From NCBI GenBank assembly GCA_963793305.1, contig CAWBZV010000002.1, positions 128,001 to 192,000 on the forward strand: a stretch of DNA of 64,000 bases, in the 5' to 3' direction. Below the pieces are notes generated by a model. The model saw only the letters and a list, made by a program, of their open reading frames with translations, did not search any database and was not told the DNA's origin. Below are positions 19,463 to 29,931 of this stretch, piece by piece. Made by a program: the position numbers and the translations under genes. The stretch comes from an uncultured Gemmatimonadales bacterium (lineage in GTDB: Bacteria > Gemmatimonadota > Gemmatimonadetes > Gemmatimonadales > Gemmatimonadaceae). Position 1 is the first letter of the stretch. Each line of letters begins with the position of its first letter.

Positions 19463-21471
19463 GTGGTGAACCGGCTGCGCAGAGCGGCGCGCAAGTCGAG
19501 GTGAGTGCCGGCCGCCGATTCCGGCGCGCCGACGGGGCTCGCGGGTGACCCGACCACCAGGCGTTGCATGTGCTCGCGCACGCCGGCATCGAGAAACCGC
19601 GACAACTGGTCGATCGAATAGTCGCTGCCCCGGCGTGAGCTGTACACCTCCAACGGATAGGTCACAGCCAGGTGATTGCGCGCGCGGGTCAGCGCGACGT
19701 ACATGAGGCGCCGCTCCTCATCGGTTTCATCTTCATCGTTGAGCGCCCGCGCCGAGGGGAACCAACCGTCTACGGCCCAGATCAGGAAGACCGCATCCCA
19801 TTCTTTGCCCTTGGCCGAGTGCACCGTACTGAGAATCAGCGCGTCGTCCTCGCCATCGCTCCCTCCAGGGAGATCCTGTGTCGCTTGCGGGGGTTCCAAC
19901 GCCAGCGCCGAAAGAAACGCGGCTCTCGTGGGATACCCACCCGCAATGGTCTCCAACTGATCGAGGTCCGCCAGGCGAGGCTGCACTCGGTCGTATCGCT
20001 CTTTGAGAATATCGTCATACAGCTGCCGCACTCGGGCAATCTCGGCGCTCAGTGTCACGGGCGTCTCGGCCCGCCTGAGACTCTCCAGCAACGCGACGAG
20101 CGCCGCGTGTGCCGCCCTCGCGCGGGCCGGCGGCCGATACTGGGCAAACGCCGATGACTCCCAGGCCGCCTGTGCCATGGCCTCAATGGCTTGTCGCGCC
20201 GTCGCATCCCCAATGCCGGGCAACAGGAGCAGAATGCGATACCAGCTCACGTCGTCCCGCGGGTTTTCGAGAATGCGCAAGAATGCCAGGACGTCCTTCA
20301 CGTGGGCCGCTTCGAGAAACCGCAATCCTCCCCATTTCTCAAACGGAATCTTTCGATTCGTCAGCTCGATTTCGAGCGCCGCCGACATGTACCCGGCGCG
20401 AAACAAGACGGCCATCTCGCGCAGCGGTGTCCCGTCTTCGTGCAGCTCGAGGATGCGATCGCACACCCAGCGCGTTTGCTGCTCTTCGTCCCTCGCGGTC
20501 ACCAACGCTGGAGCCTCGCCGCCCACGCGTCTCGTCCACAGGGCCTTCGTATAGCGTTCCCGCGCCCGAGAGATCAGCGTGTTCGTGGTGTCGAGAATGG
20601 GCTGCGTCGAGCGGTAATTGCGTTCGAGCGTGAGGACCGTCGTGCCGGGGAATTGCGCGGGGAAATCCAGAATGTTCCGGAAATTCGCGCCGCGGAACGA
20701 ATAGATGCTCTGCGCGTCGTCCCCGACGACGGTGATATTGGAATGCGTGCGACACATCCCTCGCAGGATGCGCGACTGCAGCACATTGGTATCCTGGTAC
20801 TCGTCAACCAGAAGATGATCGTACAGGCCGGCGATCCGGAGGCCGATATCGCCCGGCGCCTCGAGGAGCGTCGCCCAGAATACGAGCAGGTCATCGTAGT
20901 CGACGAGGTTCCGTGCCGCCTTCCGCTCGATATAGTCCGCGTAAATCTTCGTGAAGTCGGGCACGTATTCGGCGAACTGCGGATACTCGCCCCCGAGGAT
21001 CTTGGCCAGCGGGATCTCGGTATTCACGTGCCGCGAGTAGACGTAGTGCAGCGTCTCCTTCTTGGGAAACCGCTTGCTCTTCTCGGCGTACCCGAGCTGA
21101 GCGCGCGACAGTTGCATCAAGTCTTCGGCGTCCGCTTGATCCATGATCGTGAAATCACTCGGTACGCCGCCCAGCGCACCAAACCGCCTGAGCAGTCGGT
21201 GCGCGGTCGCATGGAACGTCCCGCCGTGCACATGCCCGCCGGCCGCCCCCACCAGGCGTTCGACTCTGCCGAGCATCTCCTGCGCCGCGCGCCGCGTGAA
21301 CGTCAGCAGCAACATTCGCTCGGCCCGCGATCCGCGCTCGATCAAGTGCGCGACCCGGTGCACCAGTGTCCGCGTTTTCCCCGTACCGGCGCCCGCGATG
21401 ATCAAGAGCGGGCCGCCCTCGAACGTCGCCGCCTTCTGTTGCTCTTCGTTGAGCTCGACCGGCTCAGTCAA
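19459..21471 (-). CDS. UvrD/PcrA-family SF1 DNA helicase
   Basis: AGAGTGKT, LLLTFT, VDEYQD, VGDDAQSIYSFRGA, NYRST, STVHSAKGKEW and EERRLMYVALTRA. Confidence 0.95.
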   Translation of the reverse strand: MTEPVELNEEQQKAATFEGGPLLIIAGAGTGKTRTLVHRVAHLIERGSRAERMLLLTFTRRAAQEMLGRVERLVGAAGGHVHGGTFHATAHRLLRRFGALGGVPSDFTIMDQADAEDLMQLSRAQLGYAEKSKRFPKKETLHYVYSRHVNTEIPLAKILGGEYPQFAEYVPDFTKIYADYIERKAARNLVDYDDLLVFWATLLEAPGDIGLRIAGLYDHLLVDEYQDTNVLQSRILRGMCRTHSNITVVGDDAQSIYSFRGANFRNILDFPAQFPGTTVLTLERNYRSTQPILDTTNTLISRARERYTKALWTRRVGGEAPALVTARDEEQQTRWVCDRILELHEDGTPLREMAVLFRAGYMSAALEIELTNRKIPFEKWGGLRFLEAAHVKDVLAFLRILENPRDDVSWYRILLLLPGIGDATARQAIEAMAQAAWESSAFAQYRPPARARAAHAALVALLESLRRAETPVTLSAEIARVRQLYDDILKERYDRVQPRLADLDQLETIAGGYPTRAAFLSALALEPPQATQDLPGGSDGEDDALILSTVHSAKGKEWDAVFLIWAVDGWFPSARALNDEDETDEERRLMYVALTRARNHLAVTYPLEVYSSRRGSDYSIDQLSRFLDAGVREHMQRLVVGSPASPVGAPESAAGTHLDLRAALRSRFTT

Positions 21472-22105
21472 CGGGACAGAGCGCGAAGTGATCGGCGAAC
21501 GCGCTGGTGACCGCCGCGGCGGCGGTGGGGACGTCGACGCCGAGGTCAGGCCGTTCGCGAGCCATCGACGTCATATCGACTCCCTGGATCCCGCATGGCA
21601 CCATGAGGTCGAAATATGACAGGTTCGTCGTCACGTTGAGCGCGAACCCGTGCCAGGTGACCCACTGGCGCGCATGCACGCCGATCGACGCGATCTTTCG
21701 GTCACCGGCGGTCCACACCCCGGTCAGCCCGTCACGCCGCTTGGCAGCAATGCCGAACGCGCCGAGAGCGTCAATCAGCGTCGCTTCGAGCTCTCTCAAA
21801 TACCAGTGCAGATCAGGCTTATGCTGGGACAGATCGATGATCGGGTAACCGACCAACTGTCCCGGCCCGTGAAACGTGACATCCCCGCCGCGTTCGACTT
21901 CGAAGAGGTCGACGCCAGCGGGCAGTGGCGCCGTGACGTGCTGGGATTTCGCGGTGCGGCCGAGCGTGACGACCGGCGGGTGTTCGCACAGCAACAACTG
22001 GTCACCAATCGTGCCCTCGATCCGCGCCGCGGCCAGCTGGCGCTGGAGCGCGAGCGTCTCGGCGTATGGCGCGAGGCCAAGATTGGTGACTACCAACTCA
22101 CGCAT
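21464..22105 (-). CDS. lipB: Lipoyl(octanoyl) transferase
   Basis: EHPPVVTLG, RGGDVTFHGPGQLVGYPI, KIASIG, HGFALNV and PCGI; ATG at 22105. Confidence 0.95.
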   Translation of the reverse strand: MRELVVTNLGLAPYAETLALQRQLAAARIEGTIGDQLLLCEHPPVVTLGRTAKSQHVTAPLPAGVDLFEVERGGDVTFHGPGQLVGYPIIDLSQHKPDLHWYLRELEATLIDALGAFGIAAKRRDGLTGVWTAGDRKIASIGVHARQWVTWHGFALNVTTNLSYFDLMVPCGIQGVDMTSMARERPDLGVDVPTAAAAVTSAFADHFALCPVD

Positions 22106-23474
22106 GTATCCCACGTCCAAGGGAATCCAGGCACGCCTCGGCGATGGCCTCGGCCAACGTCGGATGCGCGTGGACAAAGAGGTCGACTTCCTCGACCGTG
22201 AACTCGTTCTCCCGCGCCACGCCGAGCTCGTGAATCAGCTCGGTCGCGTGCGACCCGATGATATGCGCGCCGAGGATCTCGCCGTACTTGGCCTCGCGAA
22301 TGACCTTCACGAACCCTTCGGTCTCCCCCGCGGTCCGCGCCCGGCCGGACGCCGAGAAGGGAAACTTGCCGACGCGATAATCGATCTGCTGGGCCTTGCA
22401 GACTTCCTCGGTCATTCCGATCGATGCCACCTCGGGATGACAGTAGGTGGCATTGGGGATGTTCCCGTAATTCACGGGATGCGGATCCTGCCCCGCAATC
22501 CCCTCGGCCACGACGACACCCTCGCGCTGCCCCTTGTGCGCGAGCATCGGCGGCCCGGCGACATCGCCAATCGCGTACACGCCGGGCACGGTCGTCTGGA
22601 GTTTGTCGTCGACTTTGACAAATCCCCGATCGTCCAGCCGCACGCCAATCGCCTCGAATCCCAGCCCCTCGACATTCGCGGCCCGTCCGGCAGCCACCAA
22701 CACGCGCTCGACCGTCATCGGTTTCTTGTCGATGGTGAACGAAACCGAATCTTTGTCGATCTTCACGTCGCCGATCTTGGCGTTCGTGTGTACGTCGATC
22801 TTTCGCTTCTTGAAGCTGCGCGTCAACTCGGCCGCCACCTCTCCATCTTCGAGCGGGAGAATCGTCGGCGCGATATCGATCAACGTCACCTGCGTGCCGA
22901 AGGCATTGAACACATCGGCGAACTCGCAGCCGACCGCGCCAGCGCCCACGATAGCCATCGTCTTCGGCGCCTTATCCAGGACCAGCACCTCGTCCGAGGA
23001 GAGCACCGTCGTCTTGTTGAGGTCGAGCCCGGCGCGCGGAAGTCCGCGTACGCGAGAGCCCGTGGCGATCACGACGGCCTTCTTGGCCTCGTGCGTTTCG
23101 TCGCCGACCTTCACGGTTTTCGGGGAGGTCAGTGTGCCGGTTCCCTTGATCCACGTGATCTTGTTCTTCTTGAACAGGAACTCGACGCCCTTCGAGTTCT
23201 GGGCGCTCACCGCGCGCGAGCGCTTCATCGCCGGCCCGTAGTCGAACCCGAGCTCGCCGGTCGTGATCCCGTGCTCGGCCGCGTGCCGCACGCGCGAGGC
23301 GAGATACGCGCTCTCCAGCAGCGACTTCGCGGGGATACAGCCCCACAGGACGCAGGTGCCGCCCAGTCCCTCGCGCTCGATGACGCCTACGCTCAGGCCG
23401 AGTTGCGCGCAGCGAATGGCGCACACATACCCGGCGGGGCCGCCGCCCAGGATCACTACATCGTACGATGCCAT
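22098..23474 (-). CDS. lpdA: Dihydrolipoyl dehydrogenase (E3)
   Basis: GGGPAGY, GGTCVLWGCIP redox-active disulfide and HAHPTLAE. Confidence 0.96.
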   Translation of the reverse strand: MASYDVVILGGGPAGYVCAIRCAQLGLSVGVIEREGLGGTCVLWGCIPAKSLLESAYLASRVRHAAEHGITTGELGFDYGPAMKRSRAVSAQNSKGVEFLFKKNKITWIKGTGTLTSPKTVKVGDETHEAKKAVVIATGSRVRGLPRAGLDLNKTTVLSSDEVLVLDKAPKTMAIVGAGAVGCEFADVFNAFGTQVTLIDIAPTILPLEDGEVAAELTRSFKKRKIDVHTNAKIGDVKIDKDSVSFTIDKKPMTVERVLVAAGRAANVEGLGFEAIGVRLDDRGFVKVDDKLQTTVPGVYAIGDVAGPPMLAHKGQREGVVVAEGIAGQDPHPVNYGNIPNATYCHPEVASIGMTEEVCKAQQIDYRVGKFPFSASGRARTAGETEGFVKVIREAKYGEILGAHIIGSHATELIHELGVARENEFTVEEVDLFVHAHPTLAEAIAEACLDSLGRGIHA

Positions 23475-23475
23475 G

Positions 23476-24801
23476 TCAGTATACGAGCAGAAGGGGGTTC
23501 TCGATCAAACGTCGGAGCGTTGCAAGGAACTTGGCGCCGGTCGCGCCGTCAATCACGCGGTGATCGCAGCTCATCGTCACGCGCATGCGGCGCCGGACGA
23601 CGACGGTCTCGCCGACGACGACGGGCTTGGCCTCGATCGCGCCGATCGCGAGGATCCCGGCTTCCGGCGGATTGATGATCGCCGTGAACTGGTCGATCCC
23701 GAACATGCCGAGGTTCGAGACCGAGAACGTCGAGCCCGTGTACTCCTCAGGTCTAAGCTTTCGGGCCCGGGCCCGCGCCGCGAGCTCTCTCACCTCGCGC
23801 GCAATATCGCGCAGACGTTTGGTATCGGCGTCGAACACGACCGGCGTGATCAGCCCATCGTCGATCGCGACCGCGACGCCGAGGTGCACACGCGCGAACG
23901 CTCGGATGCGGTCACCAAGCCAGTGCGCGTTCACCTCCGGATGTTGCGCCAGCGCCGTCGCCACGGCTTTGAGCACGATGTCGTTGATCGACACTTTATA
24001 GTCGTCGCCCAGCTCGGCCATCGCCTTGCGCATCTCGCTCACGCGTTCGACGTCGAGCTCGGCCGTCAGATAGAACGTCGGGACCGGGCCGATCGACTCG
24101 GCCAGGCGCCGCGCGATCGTCCGGCGGATTTGCGTCAGCGCGATATCGGTGTAATCAGGGCCCGTTCGTGGTGTCACCACCGCCGGCGCTTGAGCTTCAG
24201 CGGCGGTTGTCGCCGGCGCGGCCGTCGCGTCGAGATCTCTCTTGACGATGCGCCCGTTTGGTCCAGACCCAGCGATCGCATGCAAGTCCAGCCCACGCTC
24301 CGCGGCTAGCCGGCGCGCGAGTGGGGATGAGCGTACACGCTCGCTCTCGCTCGTCGCTATCGCGACTGGGGTAGGGGCGGGGGCGGGAGTTGGCGCGTTC
24401 GGCGCAGTGCTCAGCGCTGTGGTCGGCGCAGTAGCCGTGACGGGAGCAACGGCCGCTGGTGTCGAGACCGGTGCGACGGCCGCGGGCGCAGCACTTGGCG
24501 CGTTCGGCGCAGCCGATGCGCTCACGGGGGCCGCACCGCCGACAAGCGCGGCGATGTCCTCGTTCGGCGCTGCGATGACGCCGAGTAGCGTGCCGATGGG
24601 CGCAGTGGTGCCCTCAGCCACGAGCCGGCGCCGCAGTACGCCGTCACCGCGCGCCACGAGCTCCATGATCGCCTTATCCGTCTCGACCTCGGCCAGCGTT
24701 TCGCCGTTGGCGACGCTCGCGCCCTCGGGCTTGAGCCACCGCACGAGGCGCCCTTCCTCCATGGTCGGAGACAGCGCCTCCATCACGACCTTAGTCGCCA
24801 C
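23476..24801 (-). CDS. pdhC: Pyruvate dehydrogenase E2 dihydrolipoamide acetyltransferase
   Basis: One lipoyl domain (LSPTMEEG, VETDKA), Ala/Pro linker, SPLARRLA binding domain and DHRVIDGA; GTG at 24801. Confidence 0.95.
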   Translation of the reverse strand: MATKVVMEALSPTMEEGRLVRWLKPEGASVANGETLAEVETDKAIMELVARGDGVLRRRLVAEGTTAPIGTLLGVIAAPNEDIAALVGGAAPVSASAAPNAPSAAPAAVAPVSTPAAVAPVTATAPTTALSTAPNAPTPAPAPTPVAIATSESERVRSSPLARRLAAERGLDLHAIAGSGPNGRIVKRDLDATAAPATTAAEAQAPAVVTPRTGPDYTDIALTQIRRTIARRLAESIGPVPTFYLTAELDVERVSEMRKAMAELGDDYKVSINDIVLKAVATALAQHPEVNAHWLGDRIRAFARVHLGVAVAIDDGLITPVVFDADTKRLRDIAREVRELAARARARKLRPEEYTGSTFSVSNLGMFGIDQFTAIINPPEAGILAIGAIEAKPVVVGETVVVRRRMRVTMSCDHRVIDGATGAKFLATLRRLIENPLLLVY

Positions 24802-25774
24802 GGTACATGACTCGCTTGACCGCGGCGATGGTCTTCGCCGCATCGGGTTTCGCCGCGCGCTCCAAATTCTTGGCGTACGGCATTGGCGTATCGGCCTGAT
24901 GCACCCGCAGCACGGGCGCATCGAGGTCGTCGAAGCACTCGCGCTGAATGTAGTCGACGACCTGCGCCCCAATGCCGGCGAGCTCCCACCCCTCTTCGAG
25001 CACAACCGCTCGATTGGTCTTCTTGACGGACGCCGCGATCGCCGCCACGTCCATTGGTCGGACGGTTCTCAAGTCGACGACATCGACCCGAATGTCTTCC
25101 TTGGCCAACGTGTCGGCCGCCTGCATCGCCACCAGGACCATCTTGCCGCTCGTCACGATCGTCGCGTGGTTTCCCTCTCGCTTGAGATCGGCGACGCCGA
25201 TCGGAATGACGTGCTCGCCGTCGGGCACGTCGCCACGCGTGTTATACAACATCTCGCCTTCGAGCACGATGACGGGGTTATCATCACGGATGGCGGCCTT
25301 GAGCAGCCCCTTGGCATCAGCCGGCGTTCCCGGCGTCACCACCTTGAGTCCGGGGATGTGCGCGAGCCACGACTCCCACGCCTGACTGTGCTGCGCCGCC
25401 AGTTGGAGGGCCGCGCCGTTGGGCCCACGAAAAACGATCGGGATGTTGTACTGACCGCCGGACATGTACAGCATTTTGGCGGCCGCGTTCACGACCTGGT
25501 CGAGCGCCAACAGCGCGAAGTTCCACGTCATGAACTCCACGATCGGCCGCAAGCCGACCATGGCCGAGCCCACGCCGACGCCGGCGAATCCGAGCTCGGT
25601 GATCGGCGTGTCGACCACGCGCATCTCGCCGAACTCCTGCAGCAATCCCTTGGAGACCTTGTACGCGCCCTGATACACGGCGACTTCCTCGCCCATGAGA
25701 AAGACGCGATCGTCGCGCTGCATTTCTTCGCGCAACGCCTGATTGAGCGCATCGCGATACGTGATGAGCGCCAT
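24791..25774 (-). CDS. pdhB: Pyruvate dehydrogenase E1 beta
   Basis: ITYRDALNQAL, GEEVAVYQGAYKV, DTPITE and AAQHSQ; ATG at 25774. Confidence 0.96.
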   Translation of the reverse strand: MALITYRDALNQALREEMQRDDRVFLMGEEVAVYQGAYKVSKGLLQEFGEMRVVDTPITELGFAGVGVGSAMVGLRPIVEFMTWNFALLALDQVVNAAAKMLYMSGGQYNIPIVFRGPNGAALQLAAQHSQAWESWLAHIPGLKVVTPGTPADAKGLLKAAIRDDNPVIVLEGEMLYNTRGDVPDGEHVIPIGVADLKREGNHATIVTSGKMVLVAMQAADTLAKEDIRVDVVDLRTVRPMDVAAIAASVKKTNRAVVLEEGWELAGIGAQVVDYIQRECFDDLDAPVLRVHQADTPMPYAKNLERAAKPDAAKTIAAVKRVMYRGD

Positions 25775-25776
25775 GA

Positions 25777-26823
25777 TCAGGTCAACGTATCGGTGGTCGT
25801 GTCGACGAGCACGTCTTCCGTCAGCGCCTCGAGCGGCGGCTCGGGACTCTTGTCGGCGAACTGCCAGGCGTCCTCGCACGTCTGCCGCGCCTCGGCATCG
25901 TAGCGCGCCACATCCTCTTCGGTGATCTCGCCGTGGGCTTCCATATAGTCTTTCAAGACCGTGATCGGATCGCGCTTGCGATACTGCTCGAGCTCGTCTT
26001 TCGTCCGGTACGTTCCGCTCACCGCGTCCGACATCGAGTGCCCCATAAAACGATAGGTTCGCGACTCGATTAACGTCGGGACCTGCTCGGTTCTCGCGCG
26101 CTGCACCGCCTCGCCGACGACTTGGCGCACGGCCAACACGTCCTGGCCATCGACGACAGCCTTCGGCATGTCGTACGCCCGCGCACGCTCGGCGATGTCG
26201 TTAATGGCGGATGCTCTTTCGAGGGCCGTCCCCATCCCGTATCTGTTATTCTCAATCACATAGATGACGGGCAGCTTCCACAGCCCGGCCATGTTCAGTG
26301 CTTCGTGAAACGCGCCGTTATTCACGGCGGCCTCACCGAAGAAGCACAGGCACACCTGATCGCCGCCGCGATACTTGATCGCGAACGCCACGCCCGTCCC
26401 GATCGGAATGTTCGCGCCGACAATGCCGTGGCCGCCGAGGAAGTTGTGCTCGCGGCTGAACAGGTGCATCGAGCCGCCCTTGCCGCGCGAAACACCATCG
26501 ATGCGGCCGAACAGCTCGGCCATGATGTACTTCGGCGCCATGCCTCGCGCGATCGCCTGGCCGTGATCGCGATAGGTCGTGATCACGTAGTCATCGTCGC
26601 GCAGCACCGAGATCGCGCCGGTGCCCGTGGCCTCTTGGCCGATGTAGAGATGGGAGAACCCGCCGATCTTCCCGACCGCGTACGCCTCGGCGCATCGCTC
26701 CTCGAAGCGACGTTGTAGGAGCATCGACTTGAACAGTTCCGTGTGCAGGTCGCGGTCAGACTGCACAGCCTCGACAGGGGCCGGCGCCTCGGCCACCGAG
26801 GCATTTCGTTTTCTGGCTGCCAT
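25777..26823 (-). CDS. pdhA: Pyruvate dehydrogenase E1 alpha
   Basis: GFSHLYIGQEA, YRDHG, GKGGSMH, GEAA...ENN ThDP motif and TYRFMGHSMSD. Confidence 0.96.
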   Translation of the reverse strand: MAARKRNASVAEAPAPVEAVQSDRDLHTELFKSMLLQRRFEERCAEAYAVGKIGGFSHLYIGQEATGTGAISVLRDDDYVITTYRDHGQAIARGMAPKYIMAELFGRIDGVSRGKGGSMHLFSREHNFLGGHGIVGANIPIGTGVAFAIKYRGGDQVCLCFFGEAAVNNGAFHEALNMAGLWKLPVIYVIENNRYGMGTALERASAINDIAERARAYDMPKAVVDGQDVLAVRQVVGEAVQRARTEQVPTLIESRTYRFMGHSMSDAVSGTYRTKDELEQYRKRDPITVLKDYMEAHGEITEEDVARYDAEARQTCEDAWQFADKSPEPPLEALTEDVLVDTTTDTLT

Positions 26824-27707
26824 TAGACGCCTGCGGCCTGTACCTGCTCCCAGGCGTGGTAGCTCGACCGCACGAGCGGTCCGGCCTCCACATGCCTGAA
26901 TCCCATGTCCCGACCGATCCTCGCCAGCTCGGAGAACTCATCGGGCGTGTAATACCGATCGAGCGGGAGATGCTCGCTCGAAGGTCTCAGGTACTGTCCG
27001 AGCGTCAGGATATCGACATCGCGCTCTCTCAGATCTTTCATCACATCGATGACTTCTTGAACTGTCTCGCCCATACCGAGGATCATCCCAGTCTTGGTGG
27101 GTATCTCGGGGGCATAACTCTTCGCGAGCCGAAAAATCTCCATCACGCGCGGGTAGCGACCGCCAGGCCGAGCCTTCTTGTATAGTCGGGGCACCGTCTC
27201 GGTGTTGTGATTATAGATCTCTGGCCGGGAATCGAGCACTGTCCGAATGGAGGCTTCGTTCCCTTGAAAGTCAGGGACGAGCACTTCGACAGAGCAGCCG
27301 GGCACCCGCTCGTGGATGCCGCGAATGGTTCGCGCGAAAATGTCGGCGCCGAAGTCGGGCAGGTCATCGCGGTCGACAGACGTGATAACCGCATGGCGGA
27401 GGTTCAGCTCGGCCACCGCTGCAGCGACGCGATCCGGTTCGCCGAGGTCATACGCGGGCGGGCGACCGTGGGCGACCGCGCAGTACGGACAATTGCGCGT
27501 GCATACGTCGCCCAGGATCATGAACGTCGCGGTGCCGTGCTCCCAGCACTCGCCGACATTGGGACAGTGGGCCTCCTCACAAACAGTGTGGAGGTTTAGA
27601 TCCCGCATCAGGCCCTTGAGCCTGGCATAGTTGGGCCCGCCTGGCGCTTTGACCTTGAGCCAGCCCGGCTTTCTGATCTGATAGAGCGTTTCAACCATTG
27701 GCTGCAT
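26823..27707 (-). CDS. lipA: Lipoyl synthase
   Basis: TVCEEAHCPNVGEC, CTRNCPYC radical-SAM motif and VRSSYHA. Confidence 0.97.
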   Translation of the reverse strand: MQPMVETLYQIRKPGWLKVKAPGGPNYARLKGLMRDLNLHTVCEEAHCPNVGECWEHGTATFMILGDVCTRNCPYCAVAHGRPPAYDLGEPDRVAAAVAELNLRHAVITSVDRDDLPDFGADIFARTIRGIHERVPGCSVEVLVPDFQGNEASIRTVLDSRPEIYNHNTETVPRLYKKARPGGRYPRVMEIFRLAKSYAPEIPTKTGMILGMGETVQEVIDVMKDLRERDVDILTLGQYLRPSSEHLPLDRYYTPDEFSELARIGRDMGFRHVEAGPLVRSSYHAWEQVQAAGV

Positions 27708-27740
27708 TTTATCCGCTTTTATACGCTGCCGAAAGCTCGC

Positions 27741-28853
27741 CTAACCTGTCGTAGCGGCTTCAACGGTTAGCGCGAATCTCTCGATTCCGAACGCCGCCAG
27801 ACTCGCCGGCGGCGTCTCGCCGACCAGCAGCGCCGCGACACAATCGCCGGTCAACGGCGCCATGAGCACGCCGTTTCTAGAGTGCCCGCAGGCGTAGATC
27901 AGCGATGGGCTATCCGGGTCCCGGCCGATGATCGGCAGAAAGTCCGGGCTCACCGGACGGAGCCCAGCCCAGGCCTTCGCGACCGGAAGTCCGGCCAGTG
28001 CCGGGCACAACTCGGCCGCAGCGGCCCTGAGCCCGGCCACGCCCTCGGCTGTCGTCGACACATCGAACGCCGCGTGCTCCATCGTCGCACCGACGAGTGT
28101 CATGTCGCCCCTGGGCACGAGGTACCCATCGTGCCCATATACCACATGTCTGACGGGGCTCGCGGCCAGCGAGATCATTTGGCCGCGCAACGGCTCGACC
28201 GGCAGCGGTCGGGGCAAACCCTCGATCAGCGAGCTCCAAGCTCCCGCCGCCAACACCAGCTGTTCGGCGCTGACGGACTCGCCCCCGCCGATCTCACACG
28301 TGATGCTGTGCTGCTCTATGCGTATGGCCCGCGCGGGCCCGCTCAGTTGACGTACGCGAGCGCAGCGAGCGACGCCTATTTCCAGAGCGCGCAGAAGCAC
28401 GACGTTGTCGACAGCCCCGTCCTCGGTAAAGAGTCGCGCTCCGGCCGCGTGGGCGAGCGAAGGCTCCAACGCAGCGAGCGCGGCGCGATCGAGCCAAGTC
28501 GTGCCGGGGATGTCGATGGCCGCCTGTTCCAAGGCGCGAGCGTCGTCCAGCACGATGTGCAGCAGCCCGAGCCGATTGATTGGGACGGCTACGCCCGACT
28601 GCTCGGCCAGCTCGATGAGGTAGCTGGGATATCGATTCCGCGCGGCCACCGCGAACGCGTGTTCTGGCCCAGCCGCTGACCGCCCCACCATTTCAAGAGA
28701 CGGCGGGGCCAGGATACCAGCCGCCGCCGGAAACGCCTCACCAGCCCGATGCTCGGCGACCAGGACCACAGACAGCCCTCTCCCGGCCGCCGCGAGCGCG
28801 ATGCCGAGGCCTACGCCACCACCGCCGACGACGATGACGTCGGCCGTTTTCAT
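27741..28853 (-). CDS. thiO: FAD-dependent glycine oxidase (ThiO/DadA family)
   Basis: VVGGGGVG, AAAGIL, PLRGQM, WAGLRP and GHSRNGVL; ATG at 28853. Confidence 0.8.
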   Translation of the reverse strand: MKTADVIVVGGGGVGLGIALAAAGRGLSVVLVAEHRAGEAFPAAAGILAPPSLEMVGRSAAGPEHAFAVAARNRYPSYLIELAEQSGVAVPINRLGLLHIVLDDARALEQAAIDIPGTTWLDRAALAALEPSLAHAAGARLFTEDGAVDNVVLLRALEIGVARCARVRQLSGPARAIRIEQHSITCEIGGGESVSAEQLVLAAGAWSSLIEGLPRPLPVEPLRGQMISLAASPVRHVVYGHDGYLVPRGDMTLVGATMEHAAFDVSTTAEGVAGLRAAAAELCPALAGLPVAKAWAGLRPVSPDFLPIIGRDPDSPSLIYACGHSRNGVLMAPLTGDCVAALLVGETPPASLAAFGIERFALTVEAATTG

Positions 28854-28976
28854 CGATGAACCCCGGCGCCGCAAGGTGACGGGCTCCAGCGACGGGGGAC
28901 GTGAGTCACCCGACGCTGAAACTCCGGCCGCGGGAAGCACGTATATTGTGCAGACACCGTTTCGGAGCACCGTACC

Positions 28977-29201
28977 ATGCTACGTCCCATTCTCGTCATT
29001 GGCCTGTTTGCCCTGGCTGGGCTGTTCCTGCTGAAGCTCTTCTTCGGCCTGTTCGGTCCGATCCTCGGCATTGCGTTTTGGCTAGCCAGCCTCGCGCTCA
29101 AGATCGCGATCCTCGGCGCCATTGTGTACCTGATCATTCGCATCGTGAGTCCCGAAACCGCCCGGCGTCTGCGCGAGCGGTTCAGCGGGCCGACGCTCTA
29201 A
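28977..29201 (+). CDS. Small hypothetical membrane protein
   Basis: 74 aa with two hydrophobic helices; GGAG RBS and TATATT upstream. Confidence 0.7.
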   Translation: MLRPILVIGLFALAGLFLLKLFFGLFGPILGIAFWLASLALKIAILGAIVYLIIRIVSPETARRLRERFSGPTL

Positions 29202-29931
29202 GCGCGCGCGCGACACTCCCGAAGCGGAAGACCGTCACGGCGTCTGCCCATGGGCGGACGCGGGTCCCACGAGACCTCAGGTCATAACGCGCATCGAGCT
29301 GTGCGACCTCGATGCGCCGCGCCGCCGGCGCCGTCTTCAACAGTAGCTCCACATTCCCGGCCCACCCATCCCGCTCCACCAGCCGCCCATCACCCAGGCG
29401 CTTGATCGTGTCGCGCAGGACAGAGATCCGAAACAGCCGGAAAGTTCCGAAGGGATCCGTGACGCCCTCCACGCTGACAAACGGTCGCAGCAACCAGCCC
29501 GCCGCGCGCCTCAGCTGACGCACCTCTCGCGGCATCTTGGCATCGATAGGATGCTCGCCGACGACAATGTCCGCCCCACCCTCGAATCGCTTCACGAGAT
29601 CGCTGAGATGCTCCGGTTGATCCGTGAAGTCCCCCTGCATGAGGATCATGGCATCGCGCCGTGCATAGCGCGTGCGCTGCGTCGCCCAGCGACATAACGC
29701 GTCGACCGCGGCACCGTAGCCGAGGTGTCCGCGCTCGCCGCCCCCGAGGATCGTGAGCGGCAGGACCTCCGTATACGGCTTGAGCGTCTCGGCCGTATCG
29801 TCGGTACTGCCGTCGTCATAGACCGCCAGCGCGAAGTCGCGCGGAAACTCTTGAAAGACGCGCCGAATCCTCCAGAGGACGAGCCCGATCGTCGGCGCCT
29901 CGTTGTACGCGGGAATGCAGATGTAGAGCAT
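29182..29931 (-). CDS. Glycosyltransferase family 2
   Basis: ICIPAYNEA, VYDDGSTD and GADIVVG; the DxD position reads QGD. Confidence 0.85.
   Translation of the reverse strand: MLYICIPAYNEAPTIGLVLWRIRRVFQEFPRDFALAVYDDGSTDDTAETLKPYTEVLPLTILGGGERGHLGYGAAVDALCRWATQRTRYARRDAMILMQGDFTDQPEHLSDLVKRFEGGADIVVGEHPIDAKMPREVRQLRRAAGWLLRPFVSVEGVTDPFGTFRLFRISVLRDTIKRLGDGRLVERDGWAGNVELLLKTAPAARRIEVAQLDARYDLRSRGTRVRPWADAVTVFRFGSVARALRASAR

Noticed and set aside
24350..24545. Repetitive GCC/GCG-rich tract as a repeat element
   Set aside because: It encodes the normal Ala/Pro/Thr linker of PDH E2.
26310..26345. PdhA ThDP motif GEAA instead of GDG
   Set aside because: All other motifs are intact and it is a conservative acidic substitution; treated as a lineage variant.
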